A stretch of DNA of 64,000 nt from IMG/VR virus record IMGVR_UViG_3300010316_000005, positions 96,001 to 160,000 of that record, one strand, 5' to 3'. Below are positions 34,101-41,413 of this stretch, piece after piece. The stretch's first letter is position 1. Every line of letters starts with the position of its first letter. The stretch comes from a virus. The position numbers and the translations under genes are program-made. The notes beneath the pieces were generated by a model. That model had not been told where the DNA came from. It ran no database searches and saw only the letters and a program-made list of their open reading frames with translations.

Positions 34101-37100
34101 GATTGTCCTGGGCTCCAAAGAAACCATCAGTTGTTGGAATATAAAGTAGCTTACTTAAACCAGCAAATCTCAGAGTAGTAGCTTGGTCGTCACAGTCTGC
34201 TTGACCAGCGTACTTCTTGTTTGTATAAACTGGATAAAACCAACCAACGCAGCCATCTTCATTTTGACCATAGATCTTAAATGGACCTTGGGCAAATGGC
34301 TCTTCAGTTTGGTATGTGTCATCAATGACAATTTGTGGTTCGTACTTTGGATACATGCCTAACTTAGATGGAGTTGGCGGAATAAATGATCCGTCAGTTG
34401 TTTCGTATTCGTAAACTTCAATAGTATCGCCATCTTTTTGTCCAGCAGTAACTAAGACAAATCCTTCTTCACTGAAAGTATAATCTTTGCCATGGATCAG
34501 TTGCGAACCGTTTAAGTACACGTTGATTGCTCTACTCGATAGTTCTGTTAGATTAAACGGATTAGTTAGTGCATAAAATGGGTTGTCTGGATCTTCAACA
34601 TCAAACTCAATACGATTAGTAGTTGTGTATCCAATCATATCCGAGAAGTAAAACGGCTGAGTCTTAATTTTATCTCTATTAAGATCCTGCAATAGTCTGT
34701 CAACGTGCTGCTTAGCCGGAGCGTCAATGCCTAAGCTTTCTGCTCTACTTAAGAAAGTTCTCTTAAATGTAGCATACTCGTTCTTGGCAAATTCAATTGA
34801 TTTAACGATGTTGTACTCTTTGCTAGTAAAGTGATATAGTGCTAAGTTGATCGGACCACTGTGCTTTACAAATCTTCTTCCATAACGATCTACGTTTCCT
34901 AAGTCTCTTAGGTTTGACTGGCCAGGATACGTGCCAGTAAATTCACGAGTTTCTTCGACAATAGAACTAACATGGTCAATTGCTTCACCAAGTGTAAATT
35001 CGTTAATGTCTTCATTACTTGGATTTCTTTCAAAGTTGATTGGAAATTCGTAGAACCCGTTGTTATTCTTAGAGGTTGCTGAATGCGATTTCAAAACAAT
35101 TTTGTCGTCTACAGCAACATCGCTATAGAATCGCACTAATGCTTTGCCATTAACTCTGTCGATTTCGTAATCTGCGGCTGCTGTTTGAATCCTGTTGTTT
35201 CTGTAAACACTTACGGCAAGATCGTTCAAGTCGCCTGCTCTATTATAAACATCAACTTCGAAGTTGTTTAGTTGAGGACCAGCAACATACTGTCTAACTA
35301 CTTTTTGCTTAGTTATCTGAGCAACACTTGACCAGCCGTTGACCCACGCAAAATTTGTTAAGTCAGTGTACTTGCGCAGATTACCTTTGTTAGCTTCAAC
35401 TGTAATAATTTCTTCATCGTTTTGAACTGTGAAGCTATCAGTTGTTAGATTAAATTCAAATAGTATGTCACCTGAGTTGTTAATATTCTTGTATGTTAAT
35501 GGAAATCCTAGTTCTGGATCATTTGCTCCAGTACCTTCTTTGTACGAAAATACCTTCGTACCATTAAATGATGAACTGTCGAATGTTGCTAAATCACCAT
35601 AGAAGTTTCCTTCTGGGCAACATAAGTCAAACAACGGTGCTTGGTTTACATTGTCTTTTTGCTGAGCTACGTTCCATACATCATACTGGTAATAAAATGC
35701 TGTGCCGCCATACGTATCACCTGTTCTCACAAATACCACTTCTAGATCCTGCGGAAAGGTGTCGCTAACTTCTTGTAGCGTAATTTGCGGAACGTTTCCA
35801 ATTGTAACAAATTTAACTTCGTAAATGTTGCCTGTAACTAATATGTCAGTGTCAGCAGTAAACAACACTCGCATACCGTCGACTAAATCTACGCCGTCGA
35901 TATTGTATCCAAAAGATCCTTCAATAGTTGAAAACACATCTTTTGTAAATGTATCAACTAAATCGATATCTTGCTTTGCTTCTGATCCAAATCTGTAAAG
36001 TTTTAGTCCTGCTTCAAATTCGATAATAGGACGCTTGGCTCTAAATGACTCGTCAATTACAACAGGAAGTCCGTTATATTCTAGGCTCTTTTCTAGAACA
36101 TTTTTATGGAACCATCTGTTATAACGTGACCACGGGTTTCTATCTGGGCTAGCTCTGTTAACTACTAAGTAGTCTTTAGTTTTTGGATAAGCACTGGAAT
36201 TTTCAAAAGGCAGTCTGTCATACGGAGTGCCGTCCCACGGTACAAGGTCGTCTTCAGAAAACGCATTTAGAAGAACTAGATCACTTTCTTTAACTAATCT
36301 TATTTGGCCGCCTACACCTTCCACATACCAAGCATCTTTTTCATATATTGCCGGGGTCACATCGCCTTGGAAAAACACTTTTAATCCGTTTGTAAATTCT
36401 ACGCCGTTCGAACTTTTGTATGTTTTCTTACCGATAATGTCTTTATCAACGTCAAGGAACGTATTTTCTTCAATGTTGTTAATTCTCATTTGACCGCTTG
36501 TGTCGACGTTATTCTTTGAGATATAAAACAATCTGTCAGGTGCGTTAAGTGGAATAGTAAATTCAACTACTCCTGACTCAACGTATACTGTTGCCAACTC
36601 TTGACCGTCAGTTGCTTCTTTAGAAATGCCGTCATTGTAAATAGTGCTAACATTCTCGTCATCGCCAAACGATACTGATCCTGCGTCTGGCGTCACAATA
36701 AAGTCGCCGATGTCATAGTCGTTACCAAACAACTCTGAATCAAAAAGTCCCTGGCCTCGAATACCTTCACGTCCAGCTACTACGAGAACTTCTCCAGGCA
36801 GGAAAGTTCTCGATAAAGCAAATGCAATTGGGTGGCCTGGTGTATCAATTTCAAAGCGATACGTTTGTCCTCTATATAATTTTAGAGTCGGATTCTTTTC
36901 CAACGTGCTGTTAAAGACGTATGATGTGTTGTCGTCATCTTCTGCCAGAGTAACTGTATAAGTACTCACTACTTCCTTGCCTTGGCCGCGCACAGGAACG
37001 CTAATTGGTCCTGTAGGAGCCCAGTAGTACTCACGGAAGTTTACAAGCTTGTCCCAATCAACATTAGGGTTCCACGCATATGTTTCTTGTGCGTTTAATC

Positions 37101-37464
37101 TACTATGGTTGTCAACGTTTCCATTAAAGAACTTAATCTGGTTAATGTAGTCTGTATAATCTTTATAGAAGTCTACATTGTCGAGATTGTCTTTAACAAC
37201 TACTGCTGGCTCAAATTGGTAATTTTCTCTATTGCTGCTTACATCTGGCACATAGCTATCTTTAGACGAAAATGCTTTCGCATCACGGCGTCCGTAAAAC
37301 CCGTTTAGTTTCTCTGCGACACCAGGTTGAATTAACTGGTCAAGAGTTGCTTGTAAGAATTTGTTATTTGCTTCCGTTCTAAAGAACCTTGGAAGAAATG
37401 CTGAACTCTTTCTGTCGTCATTGTCAGGTGTTGGTAGACCGAACTCGTTTTGATCGTTTGCCAT
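22108..37464 (-). CDS. Giant (5118 aa) baseplate wedge / structural protein, gp7-like by position
   Basis: Uninterrupted ORF downstream of the gp6-like gene. YVNEVKPYKT motif, FG-GAP-like repeats, W..Y..GD.V.Y..Y.A modules, GxGY-rich repeats, RGTLGT near the C-terminus. Confidence 0.75.
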   Translation of the reverse strand: MANDQNEFGLPTPDNDDRKSSAFLPRFFRTEANNKFLQATLDQLIQPGVAEKLNGFYGRRDAKAFSSKDSYVPDVSSNRENYQFEPAVVVKDNLDNVDFYKDYTDYINQIKFFNGNVDNHSRLNAQETYAWNPNVDWDKLVNFREYYWAPTGPISVPVRGQGKEVVSTYTVTLAEDDDNTSYVFNSTLEKNPTLKLYRGQTYRFEIDTPGHPIAFALSRTFLPGEVLVVAGREGIRGQGLFDSELFGNDYDIGDFIVTPDAGSVSFGDDENVSTIYNDGISKEATDGQELATVYVESGVVEFTIPLNAPDRLFYISKNNVDTSGQMRINNIEENTFLDVDKDIIGKKTYKSSNGVEFTNGLKVFFQGDVTPAIYEKDAWYVEGVGGQIRLVKESDLVLLNAFSEDDLVPWDGTPYDRLPFENSSAYPKTKDYLVVNRASPDRNPWSRYNRWFHKNVLEKSLEYNGLPVVIDESFRAKRPIIEFEAGLKLYRFGSEAKQDIDLVDTFTKDVFSTIEGSFGYNIDGVDLVDGMRVLFTADTDILVTGNIYEVKFVTIGNVPQITLQEVSDTFPQDLEVVFVRTGDTYGGTAFYYQYDVWNVAQQKDNVNQAPLFDLCCPEGNFYGDLATFDSSSFNGTKVFSYKEGTGANDPELGFPLTYKNINNSGDILFEFNLTTDSFTVQNDEEIITVEANKGNLRKYTDLTNFAWVNGWSSVAQITKQKVVRQYVAGPQLNNFEVDVYNRAGDLNDLAVSVYRNNRIQTAAADYEIDRVNGKALVRFYSDVAVDDKIVLKSHSATSKNNNGFYEFPINFERNPSNEDINEFTLGEAIDHVSSIVEETREFTGTYPGQSNLRDLGNVDRYGRRFVKHSGPINLALYHFTSKEYNIVKSIEFAKNEYATFKRTFLSRAESLGIDAPAKQHVDRLLQDLNRDKIKTQPFYFSDMIGYTTTNRIEFDVEDPDNPFYALTNPFNLTELSSRAINVYLNGSQLIHGKDYTFSEEGFVLVTAGQKDGDTIEVYEYETTDGSFIPPTPSKLGMYPKYEPQIVIDDTYQTEEPFAQGPFKIYGQNEDGCVGWFYPVYTNKKYAGQADCDDQATTLRFAGLSKLLYIPTTDGFFGAQDNPEIEEYSVGIAMVQGHDGSTIRAYKDYRDNLLLDLEKRIFNNIKVDYENTLLNIHDFVGGKYRSAAYNRKEINDLVLKDFIQWSRVVESDYTENDFYERENQYTYNYYKMTSAIDGEVLPGFWRGVYREFLDTDRPHSHPWEMLGFTLKPKWWDTTYGPAPYSANNLVLWQDIENGYVREPNKELVTRARYARPDFTKYIPVDSQGKLKSPIESGYAKNFFYRNTSDDFIFGDVAPVESAWRKSAEYPFALIKAWLLANPARVMGLGFDLSRVFRNLAGQYTYTDTLTQISNKSIVFPNTYRDNVRVNTSGLVNYIYNLLSSNIVSVYDDYKNDITSMNTQMGLRVGGFTDKSKFQLLLDSRSPRENIEDGVFVPEENYQVFLNTSSPIDAPVYSGIIVEKRANGFVVRGYFDNNPFLNYFDPIPTTNDRTIVVGGISETSVDWDPNKPFYDGQVVEFESQYYRATANFTSGDSFDAQNLIKLSEVPIVGGKRGVFYKNFDTRTTKRLSYGTRLKTSQDVVSFILGYGAYLESQGFDFNYFNDVNESIENWSQMAREFLFWTTQGWSAGTTISLSPSAYEVNFKRDFAVVDDIFDDFYEYSLRKSDGLPLERRFNSVQRNGNEFGIKVRENNDGVYNIVLPLVQKEHVVLLDNETIFGDVIYQPTTGYRQERIKVLGYRSDNWDGSLNIPGFVYDDARATEWESWKDYEIGSLVKYKQFFYVATFAVPGSKDFNPNFWIRLNEKPVAELLTNFDYRINQFTDFYDLDSDNFDSEQQRLAQHLIGYQKRDYLANIINDDVSQYKFYQGFIQDKGTKNAIEKLFNPLGSSDRDSLEFFEDWAIQLGRYGATTDIEQIEFELDETQFYEEPQGIEFVESIDPTIEDKVYRIRPMDLIDKPEGYTSTPFPTTTLKSFVIDSGYVHENDVEFKAGSKAEINSTDVNLLNKGQYIWLTDDGRDDWSVYQIHENFGNATTLATIDDVTEKNESLKEITVDAWVAEEVANGEFVAIRAAQDYNVNGFYEVYESKFNTLQIIVPEDNEIIDFDEELLIMVKLREVRIPDLTSVNDIIQQNIYDNQRIWIDDYSNAHWGVLENNSVYREQGTIVDITGDGSSQNGFSYDVDVSKKQTTMIVSSPGYTIDVNPDPEIDNFNTPGKVDLYTRNTETAMFIQQQPLTLETVLFNDDNARFGESVSISDDDTFIAVGIPGASSVKTRYRGEYLASAPYGKNDIVKYRNTLWQAHRDIEPEVDEGTGLDFNSFSSYVELRTANGDADLDSSLLLTGDPSLQLEEAQATDHILVRAPADQFEALIAGDEVRLQWNLQSYTNGDLDVREPFDGAITFEDSTIISKELIDNNGNGHSIVNKVDHIVRVDSYINPPQVGDILTTSTASATVVYTKIAGVNLIIYLADTTGVFAVSGSIFIQYETASGPLIGNYVEIEPTENQSLGGWWQIDTSPFSYINNENYTDAGKGLVYVDAYANGGTTNAVYYNVNDDENNTTDLINTSSYVQNLSYFNDITPVADSRWISRVNKSFADTLSLTEELNFYLYDLSNRTIDFANTGLNYGILNATQTLVDKWDGFIDIQLVADGLGNTFEPSISDIITDRQTPFDQFGQPSAADAQSTFTAEVVAYQTGLTNVRVYIKYTAGTYATINNLATTEIVLNPSVANGNTVNRVIGKVNDVEDSFVVNTSTNNLQFLVFEKDTDFDPADGFDPIINEEYWIYTEEDDNAGSFRSVYPTVLNKNYTQIYNIVADQFGSSSKTNEGAVAIYYKDAPGSYQLLLNLVSEYAYDSDTTNFGTKVELIKKDNEYTLYVSNAQGSVEIFKHGYTRDDTFKGNWRENNVYETNDIVYFLGDYYKALQPVFNQTSVSIGDKLLWRKVSWRRGVDDNFRGTFNSTDAAYGEGSIVNVTGVGLFRALTNVPIGAATPNTGSTNWEAISSGVDYLGVLPVNEGQALLGESEYFPTNFDSAMSENDPTVVDSDFAVTESGNYVIISEKRAAFDSSIISKVLVYRQRDNKYEKVQEINPPDDRDTFGSSVVINPAGTKIAISDQFNDDVKYNQGKIYIYSLVNQQFVLSQELKSPKNELAERFGDKMSFSSDNLIVSSARGDMIIPTTFDADSGVITTFDKGYTDFNNIILDSGTVYVYEEIENALIFSESFRYDLADFDFGENIFAKGNHVYIGMPKKGKLIEYRKPNEKFAWNKKRELIPPVDVSKIKGMFLYNKRTNSIVQYLDYIDPIQGKIAGPAKQELHYEMGIDPATYNVGAGPEVTEDTFWGPEHVGKLWWYTKTTRFTYPYQGDIQYQKANWNELQPGSFVNVFEWVESAVPPSNWDQIADSELGIQRGISGKSLYGDDFFSQTFDYDSVAQRFIPKYYFWVANKKTIPTDAVIDRKVSAFDVSRLIAQPRKEGYRFASLLAADRIVLNNIGSLIYNEDIVLNIRYTENERDEQNTHSQYQIISDGDENSVPHSEIERKWFDSLIGYDEQGRPVPNPDLSPKQKYGIQNKPRQGIFVNREEALKQYIERVNLVLLENIVVDEYDISALFETEPKPTSASKEFDLTVDTVDELRFISTNKVTPAILEPVIRNGKLAKVNILSAGRGYRSAPKYAIVGAGTDAEIELTLTNVGGISAVKILSRGTGYDENTRITVRRFSVLVNADTDADGRWAIWAWNEEASEWFRRSVQDYNVPLYWDYADWYATGYNEFTSSDFIITESYELTALADSIGDIVKIQNVGTGGWLLLEKVDNTGSEDYTVDYKTIGRQDGTIQFKESLYNTAKNKVGFDNRSYDSTFYDNDAQVELRIIFKAIRDSIFTSNLRREYNQLFFASLRYVMSEQQYVDWLFKTSYVKINHNLGEFDQDVTFDGNTLSSYEAYVNEVKPYKTVIREFVSVKERLEPTNSVITDFDLPPFYSETEKKIVPNRAIFQDGGLLNVDPNVSQYPRKNWLDNYGRQITNIMIGDAGSGYVFAPTVELVGGGGTGATAKAYIGYGKVTAIKVTNPGQGYTSAPAINIAVPQVENGVVARASAILGSGVVRSPSITIKFDRTSGKYYINSLAETETFVGSNSQTTFNLEWPMNLRLDTVTVTVDGKEMLRSQFTFRNVTNTDAGYIREQGQVTFTNPPALDANIVISYQKPLSMLSAEDRIQFGYTALSGMLGKDLAQLMTGVDYGGVEVTSFGFSEEQGWNTNDWYTDTWDEFDNSYEDYVFTFDGSTVAVGLDEPFESGTVYNVYLNGVRIDDPNFGTEEQLNEDAKLESITGDGTTDVFILSDYDIATEDGDIMIIRKITSDGTVAPDPASYDTQLTGGAFDKTTATGLKAEDIIVDGDSFVTATTSTGPEEMVPGQVMDTLDLRVYTRDSTGPGKIVSQYHITDGVNETFDLGATPSSLDAIVVKVDGIILTRGDYDVDWSNLTINIPDLTEGHALSIVTLEAGVQNVIDFGKAMTVADTDEYEINTYFKDGYGVFLTLDGENVEIGATKTEGKDTLTISLTVTPETGQTINYIVFDNNTEVNYSQVNKEVLIGDGASTVFPIAETPFFVEPTEHNCLVKVGNKILSSGYNIQYEIKSIDVREYAIESFQFPSTTIDTTNLRVFLNGAIIETPNRWLLNPNTNSIRLNDGTGDVGDLLEIYLISDSEYTFDNNNITFKYAPGVNERIEIIKFSNHDILGIEKQNYDVVSRFAIVPGSKEAKTYQRLSYGEIKLRKPAEDAQYVWVAKNGILLSPSVDYYITDDRLKVQLTTPPGTNDVIEVVQFATPVSVPKFAYRIFKDVLNRTHYKRINDAVTVLSKDLNYYDLRVEVEDASLLPAPDKKSNKPGIVWIDGERIEYLVKDGNLLRQLRRGTLGTGVKDTYSAGEEVFDQGARKTVPYNDRTVLRNFIGDGSQSITIGYKDSTLQASYGINEVEVFVGGRRLRKNEISKFSEVVALDSPDGDLVQQAEFTIDGDIISFDIQDDIHADGIPLNNEKIVVMRKTGRIWTLTGETLGETKTDIGSFIRAGN

Positions 37465-37484
37465 TACTTAAATTAACCTCCGCA

Positions 37485-40400
37485 TTATGCGCTTTGTATG
37501 CCTGATGTGCTAGCTGATACACTTGTAATAATTGTGCCGTCAGCTCTTAAATTTGATGCTGTAATTTCATCAATTACTTCTACGTCCGAAACTTGTGCTG
37601 CATTAACAAAAATTTCGTCTACTTCTGATTTTATTTCAAACAAGCTACCAAAAGCTTTGTTTTCAGTTTTCGGAACAATAACAACAGAAACTAATTGCGG
37701 TGTAAGTGTGTTCATAACATATGCTGCTAATTCTTGGAAATAAAAGGTATCCCCGAAGTCCCAGTATTCTATACTAAAGAACTTGTTTACAGCGTCAATA
37801 ACTCCGGCTTTAATCTTATTATCATTAACTGATAATGATTTATTTTTCACAATTTTAAAAGTCACTTGTAAATCATCTTTTGCCTCTTCGCCGAATAACG
37901 GCTTGTATTTAACCGGATGATAAATCACTTCGTCGCTGATTGACTTAATTCTATTGATGTCTGCACCATAACTTCTAAACAGTTGATCTGTACTCGGAGG
38001 AAGTGGCTTCGTAGTAGTTCCGCCTTGTAGATATTTTCTATACTCAATATCATAATTTTTAGTTAACACATACGTATCAATAATGTTACTCGATGCTGGA
38101 TCAATTCTGTAGTTAGAGTCGGCAACATGGACGTAATGGAACTTTAATCCATCGCGGCCATAATAAGCACGGTAGTTGGTATTTGTAGTAACATTGTTTT
38201 TTGAAATGTTACTTTGCTTGAACACGTTTTCTGCAACTAGGTAAAATATCTGTCCATCTGGATAAGATGTTCTGTTCTTGTATTCATCGTCTGATCCGTT
38301 TTGAACAATTACAATTGTGCCGTCGGTATTACTAAAATACTTGAAGTCTTCTGTTCCGTCAGTTGTTAGGTACTTTTGCTGAAATACAATCTTGTCTTCT
38401 GAATTTATTTGTGGATCAACTAATGTATCAAACACTTCTGGATTATCGATAATTCCATCATTGTCGTCATCAAAGAAATCTATTTCAATTTTGCGAGTAT
38501 CAACATAGCTGTCAGCATCCTTAAATGCATCAGTAATTGACCAGTTAAAATCTCTAGTAAGAGAATCCAGTGAATCAGGCTGTGTGTTAATGTTCAATAC
38601 AGAGATTTTATCTTTTACAATTTGTCCAGTTCTTGGATTGTAAATCTTGTCTGCTGAATCAAAGAAGAATCTAATCTCGTCTGCACTTTCAAAAACATAA
38701 CGCAGGTTCCTATAGGTCATCTCATATGATTCGCCGTCGGATTTGAAATACAGTAACCAACTTGCGTCAAGGTTTGTTCCAGTTACATCGCCTGCTTTAC
38801 CAAGACTAAAATTGTTAATAGTGTTGATATCTTCTGCTTCTACAATAACCCAGGCGCGCTCTTCTTGATCGTAGCGCAGCGCAAAGTCTTTGTAAATAAA
38901 TGCTCTATCAATAATTTGTACTTTTACGTCATTTGAAATTGTTCTTGAAAATATCGGAATGATTTGGTCAACAATTGCACCTGCTGGTATTACGTCGTTG
39001 ACTACAATAGGTCCGAATCCGTCTAGATCAAGCTCTGTGCCATTTTCATATATCGACACAATTTTACACCATTTGTATTCCGATGCACCTTTTTTACTTT
39101 TGTTAGTAGTTAGTGTACCATCTGGCAAAAAGTATTGCGGATTGCCAGCTAGTGCAGGAGCAACAAAACGAATCAACGCATTCTTTTCTACGAATCGCAA
39201 ATTGCTTTCTGTAAATGTTGATACTGCATAGTACGAATTCGTCGTTGTAGCAAAACGTCCTGTGCTTCTGTTTGTAGCAGTTGACACTGGATCCCAAGTT
39301 GCGCCTAATTCGTCAACAAACACATTATTGTAATTCTTGAAGTAATAGTTTCTCATATTCTTCGACGACAGTGTTGGTTGTATCAGATTAAAGATTACAC
39401 CTTCAATATCAGTTTGAGTTGCAAACTTAAATTTCTTCTTGCTATTAAATTCTTCTCTATATAATACACCGTCGTCAGCAAACAAGCTAGTATTTGAATA
39501 CTTTCCTGTTGGATCTTTCAGATCGTAATACTTACTAATGCCACTTGAAATTCTGTTAACACTTTTAGTCTTAATGATATCTTGACTAATACCGAGAGGA
39601 CCAATATTATAATCCTCGCCAGTAATCAATCTATTTTGAGTATAATAAGTCGAAGGAGCGTTGGCTTTAATTTCGTTATTGGTCTCGCTAGTAGTTGCAT
39701 TTGACACAGTGTACTTCAAACTCATACCAACGGTTAATACTTCTCTACTATTGCTTCTGCTTATATACGGAATTTCAATTGTAATATTAGACATGGAATT
39801 AGGGCTAACAACAGAATTTCGATTGTCTGTTGTTCTATAATAAATCTTAAAGTTACCCGATGGTAGGTCTCCAAACACGCCATCACTAAATACTAGGTTA
39901 ATTCTATCATCAGTTCTTGTTGTAACAGCATAAACATTTCTTACGCCGCGGAATAAGCTATTGTAAATGATGTTGTTACCTTCAACTGCATCAAGCTTTG
40001 TCCATAGTCTGTTTTCTTGTCCATTTGAGTCAACTGTATAAAGCCACACGTCTGAGTCGTTGATATTCGGAGTATCAATGTTTACAATTTGGTTTGGAAT
40101 TGGATTGTTGATCGAGAACGTGCCTTCTTCTAATTCTCCCTGACGGAAGTGCATAAAGAATCCTGTATTTGAACTACCGGCACCTTGGCCATCATCTCTA
40201 TACAAGAACGACGGAGAATTTCCTAATAGGGGAGGTTCTTCGACAATTGATCCATTTGAGATAGCTGTACTTACAATTTCAAACTTTGTAGGAACGCCTT
40301 CGACGTTTCTTGTAAAGCTGTATTTTGGAACTTTGGTGTTTGTTGCGTTAAAGCGGTACTGTTCAGTCGAAACGTTTTCAATTCTTTCCGAAGCAAGTGG

Positions 40401-40916
40401 ACGTCCAATGCTGTTGTTAACAGGAAGCGCAGAGTTTAGCACTTTGACAAACTGCTCAAAATAGTTGGCATTTGCTCTGTCATTCCAGCGGATAGTTGAT
40501 CCCGACAAGTTAATTCCTGAACTGTCAAAGACTGATTCAGTAGTTGTAACCGTTTCAATTTTCAACAACCCGTTTGCTGACTGGTTTCTTTTTGGATTGT
40601 AAGAAATTAGTCTAGCAAGTCGCAATATGCTTTCGCGGCGTTCAGCAGTTTCGAGGAAGTTTTCTCTCGCATTTAAGTCAACGCGGAAACTTAGGTTTTG
40701 GCCCAAGAACGCAATCAAATCAATTAACGCAAGGTATTCAGAGCTTTCAATGTAGTCATTGAAATCTTCCGGATAGTTTTGACGTAGATAGTTAATCATT
40801 GTTCTACGTAGATTGTCAAAGTCGTAGCTCTGGAAGTCTGCGTTTCTGAATGATTGGTATATTGTTTTCCAGTCTTGTGTAACTAATAACCTTGACTGTC
40901 TGTCAGTTGAAGACAT
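37485..40916 (-). CDS. Baseplate wedge subunit, T4 gp6-like
   Basis: DFDNLR...DFNDYIESSE...ENFLETAERRES.LRLA...YNP, and QNRLITGEDY. Confidence 0.88.
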   Translation of the reverse strand: MSSTDRQSRLLVTQDWKTIYQSFRNADFQSYDFDNLRRTMINYLRQNYPEDFNDYIESSEYLALIDLIAFLGQNLSFRVDLNARENFLETAERRESILRLARLISYNPKRNQSANGLLKIETVTTTESVFDSSGINLSGSTIRWNDRANANYFEQFVKVLNSALPVNNSIGRPLASERIENVSTEQYRFNATNTKVPKYSFTRNVEGVPTKFEIVSTAISNGSIVEEPPLLGNSPSFLYRDDGQGAGSSNTGFFMHFRQGELEEGTFSINNPIPNQIVNIDTPNINDSDVWLYTVDSNGQENRLWTKLDAVEGNNIIYNSLFRGVRNVYAVTTRTDDRINLVFSDGVFGDLPSGNFKIYYRTTDNRNSVVSPNSMSNITIEIPYISRSNSREVLTVGMSLKYTVSNATTSETNNEIKANAPSTYYTQNRLITGEDYNIGPLGISQDIIKTKSVNRISSGISKYYDLKDPTGKYSNTSLFADDGVLYREEFNSKKKFKFATQTDIEGVIFNLIQPTLSSKNMRNYYFKNYNNVFVDELGATWDPVSTATNRSTGRFATTTNSYYAVSTFTESNLRFVEKNALIRFVAPALAGNPQYFLPDGTLTTNKSKKGASEYKWCKIVSIYENGTELDLDGFGPIVVNDVIPAGAIVDQIIPIFSRTISNDVKVQIIDRAFIYKDFALRYDQEERAWVIVEAEDINTINNFSLGKAGDVTGTNLDASWLLYFKSDGESYEMTYRNLRYVFESADEIRFFFDSADKIYNPRTGQIVKDKISVLNINTQPDSLDSLTRDFNWSITDAFKDADSYVDTRKIEIDFFDDDNDGIIDNPEVFDTLVDPQINSEDKIVFQQKYLTTDGTEDFKYFSNTDGTIVIVQNGSDDEYKNRTSYPDGQIFYLVAENVFKQSNISKNNVTTNTNYRAYYGRDGLKFHYVHVADSNYRIDPASSNIIDTYVLTKNYDIEYRKYLQGGTTTKPLPPSTDQLFRSYGADINRIKSISDEVIYHPVKYKPLFGEEAKDDLQVTFKIVKNKSLSVNDNKIKAGVIDAVNKFFSIEYWDFGDTFYFQELAAYVMNTLTPQLVSVVIVPKTENKAFGSLFEIKSEVDEIFVNAAQVSDVEVIDEITASNLRADGTIITSVSASTSGIQSA

Positions 40917-40971
40917 GCGATTTCCCTTACTCTATTATAAGGTATTTATCATATTTTAATATAAGAGTATT

Positions 40972-41406
40972 TTATTGTATCAGGGATTGATCGAAGCGAA
41001 ATAACAGCTCTTCTGAGATATTATAAGGCAAATAACTTAGGGTGCAACTTACTTCAATGCCGCTGTCATAGGTGTCTACAAAGATAGATTCTACTTTTAC
41101 TCTTGGATCATAATTTATAATTTCAGTTACGTCAGTTACTATAGCATCTCTTATGTTATTTGTAAATGGCTCAAATAGCACATCCCAAATAATTGTTCCA
41201 AATTGCGGATCGTTTAATTTTTCGCCCTGTCGTATGTGAAAGTGATTGATGATATCTTGCTTAATAAGTTCGAAATCATACAGCGCAAAGTTTTCTGTGT
41301 TTTCACTTACGCTAGAAAAGCCTCTATAGGTTCTGCCAGGTGCCGCTTTCTTTGGCCCTGATTCTACTTTAACTCTTTTATATAGGTTTTTCTCTAATCT
41401 ACTCAT
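40972..41406 (-). CDS. Baseplate wedge subunit, gp25-like
   Basis: YRGFS...LIKQDIINHF.IRQGEK..DPQFG...LFEP...YDPRV. Start revised to the ATG at 41406. Confidence 0.88.
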   Translation of the reverse strand: MSRLEKNLYKRVKVESGPKKAAPGRTYRGFSSVSENTENFALYDFELIKQDIINHFHIRQGEKLNDPQFGTIIWDVLFEPFTNNIRDAIVTDVTEIINYDPRVKVESIFVDTYDSGIEVSCTLSYLPYNISEELLFRFDQSLIQ

Positions 41407-41413
41407 AACGTAT

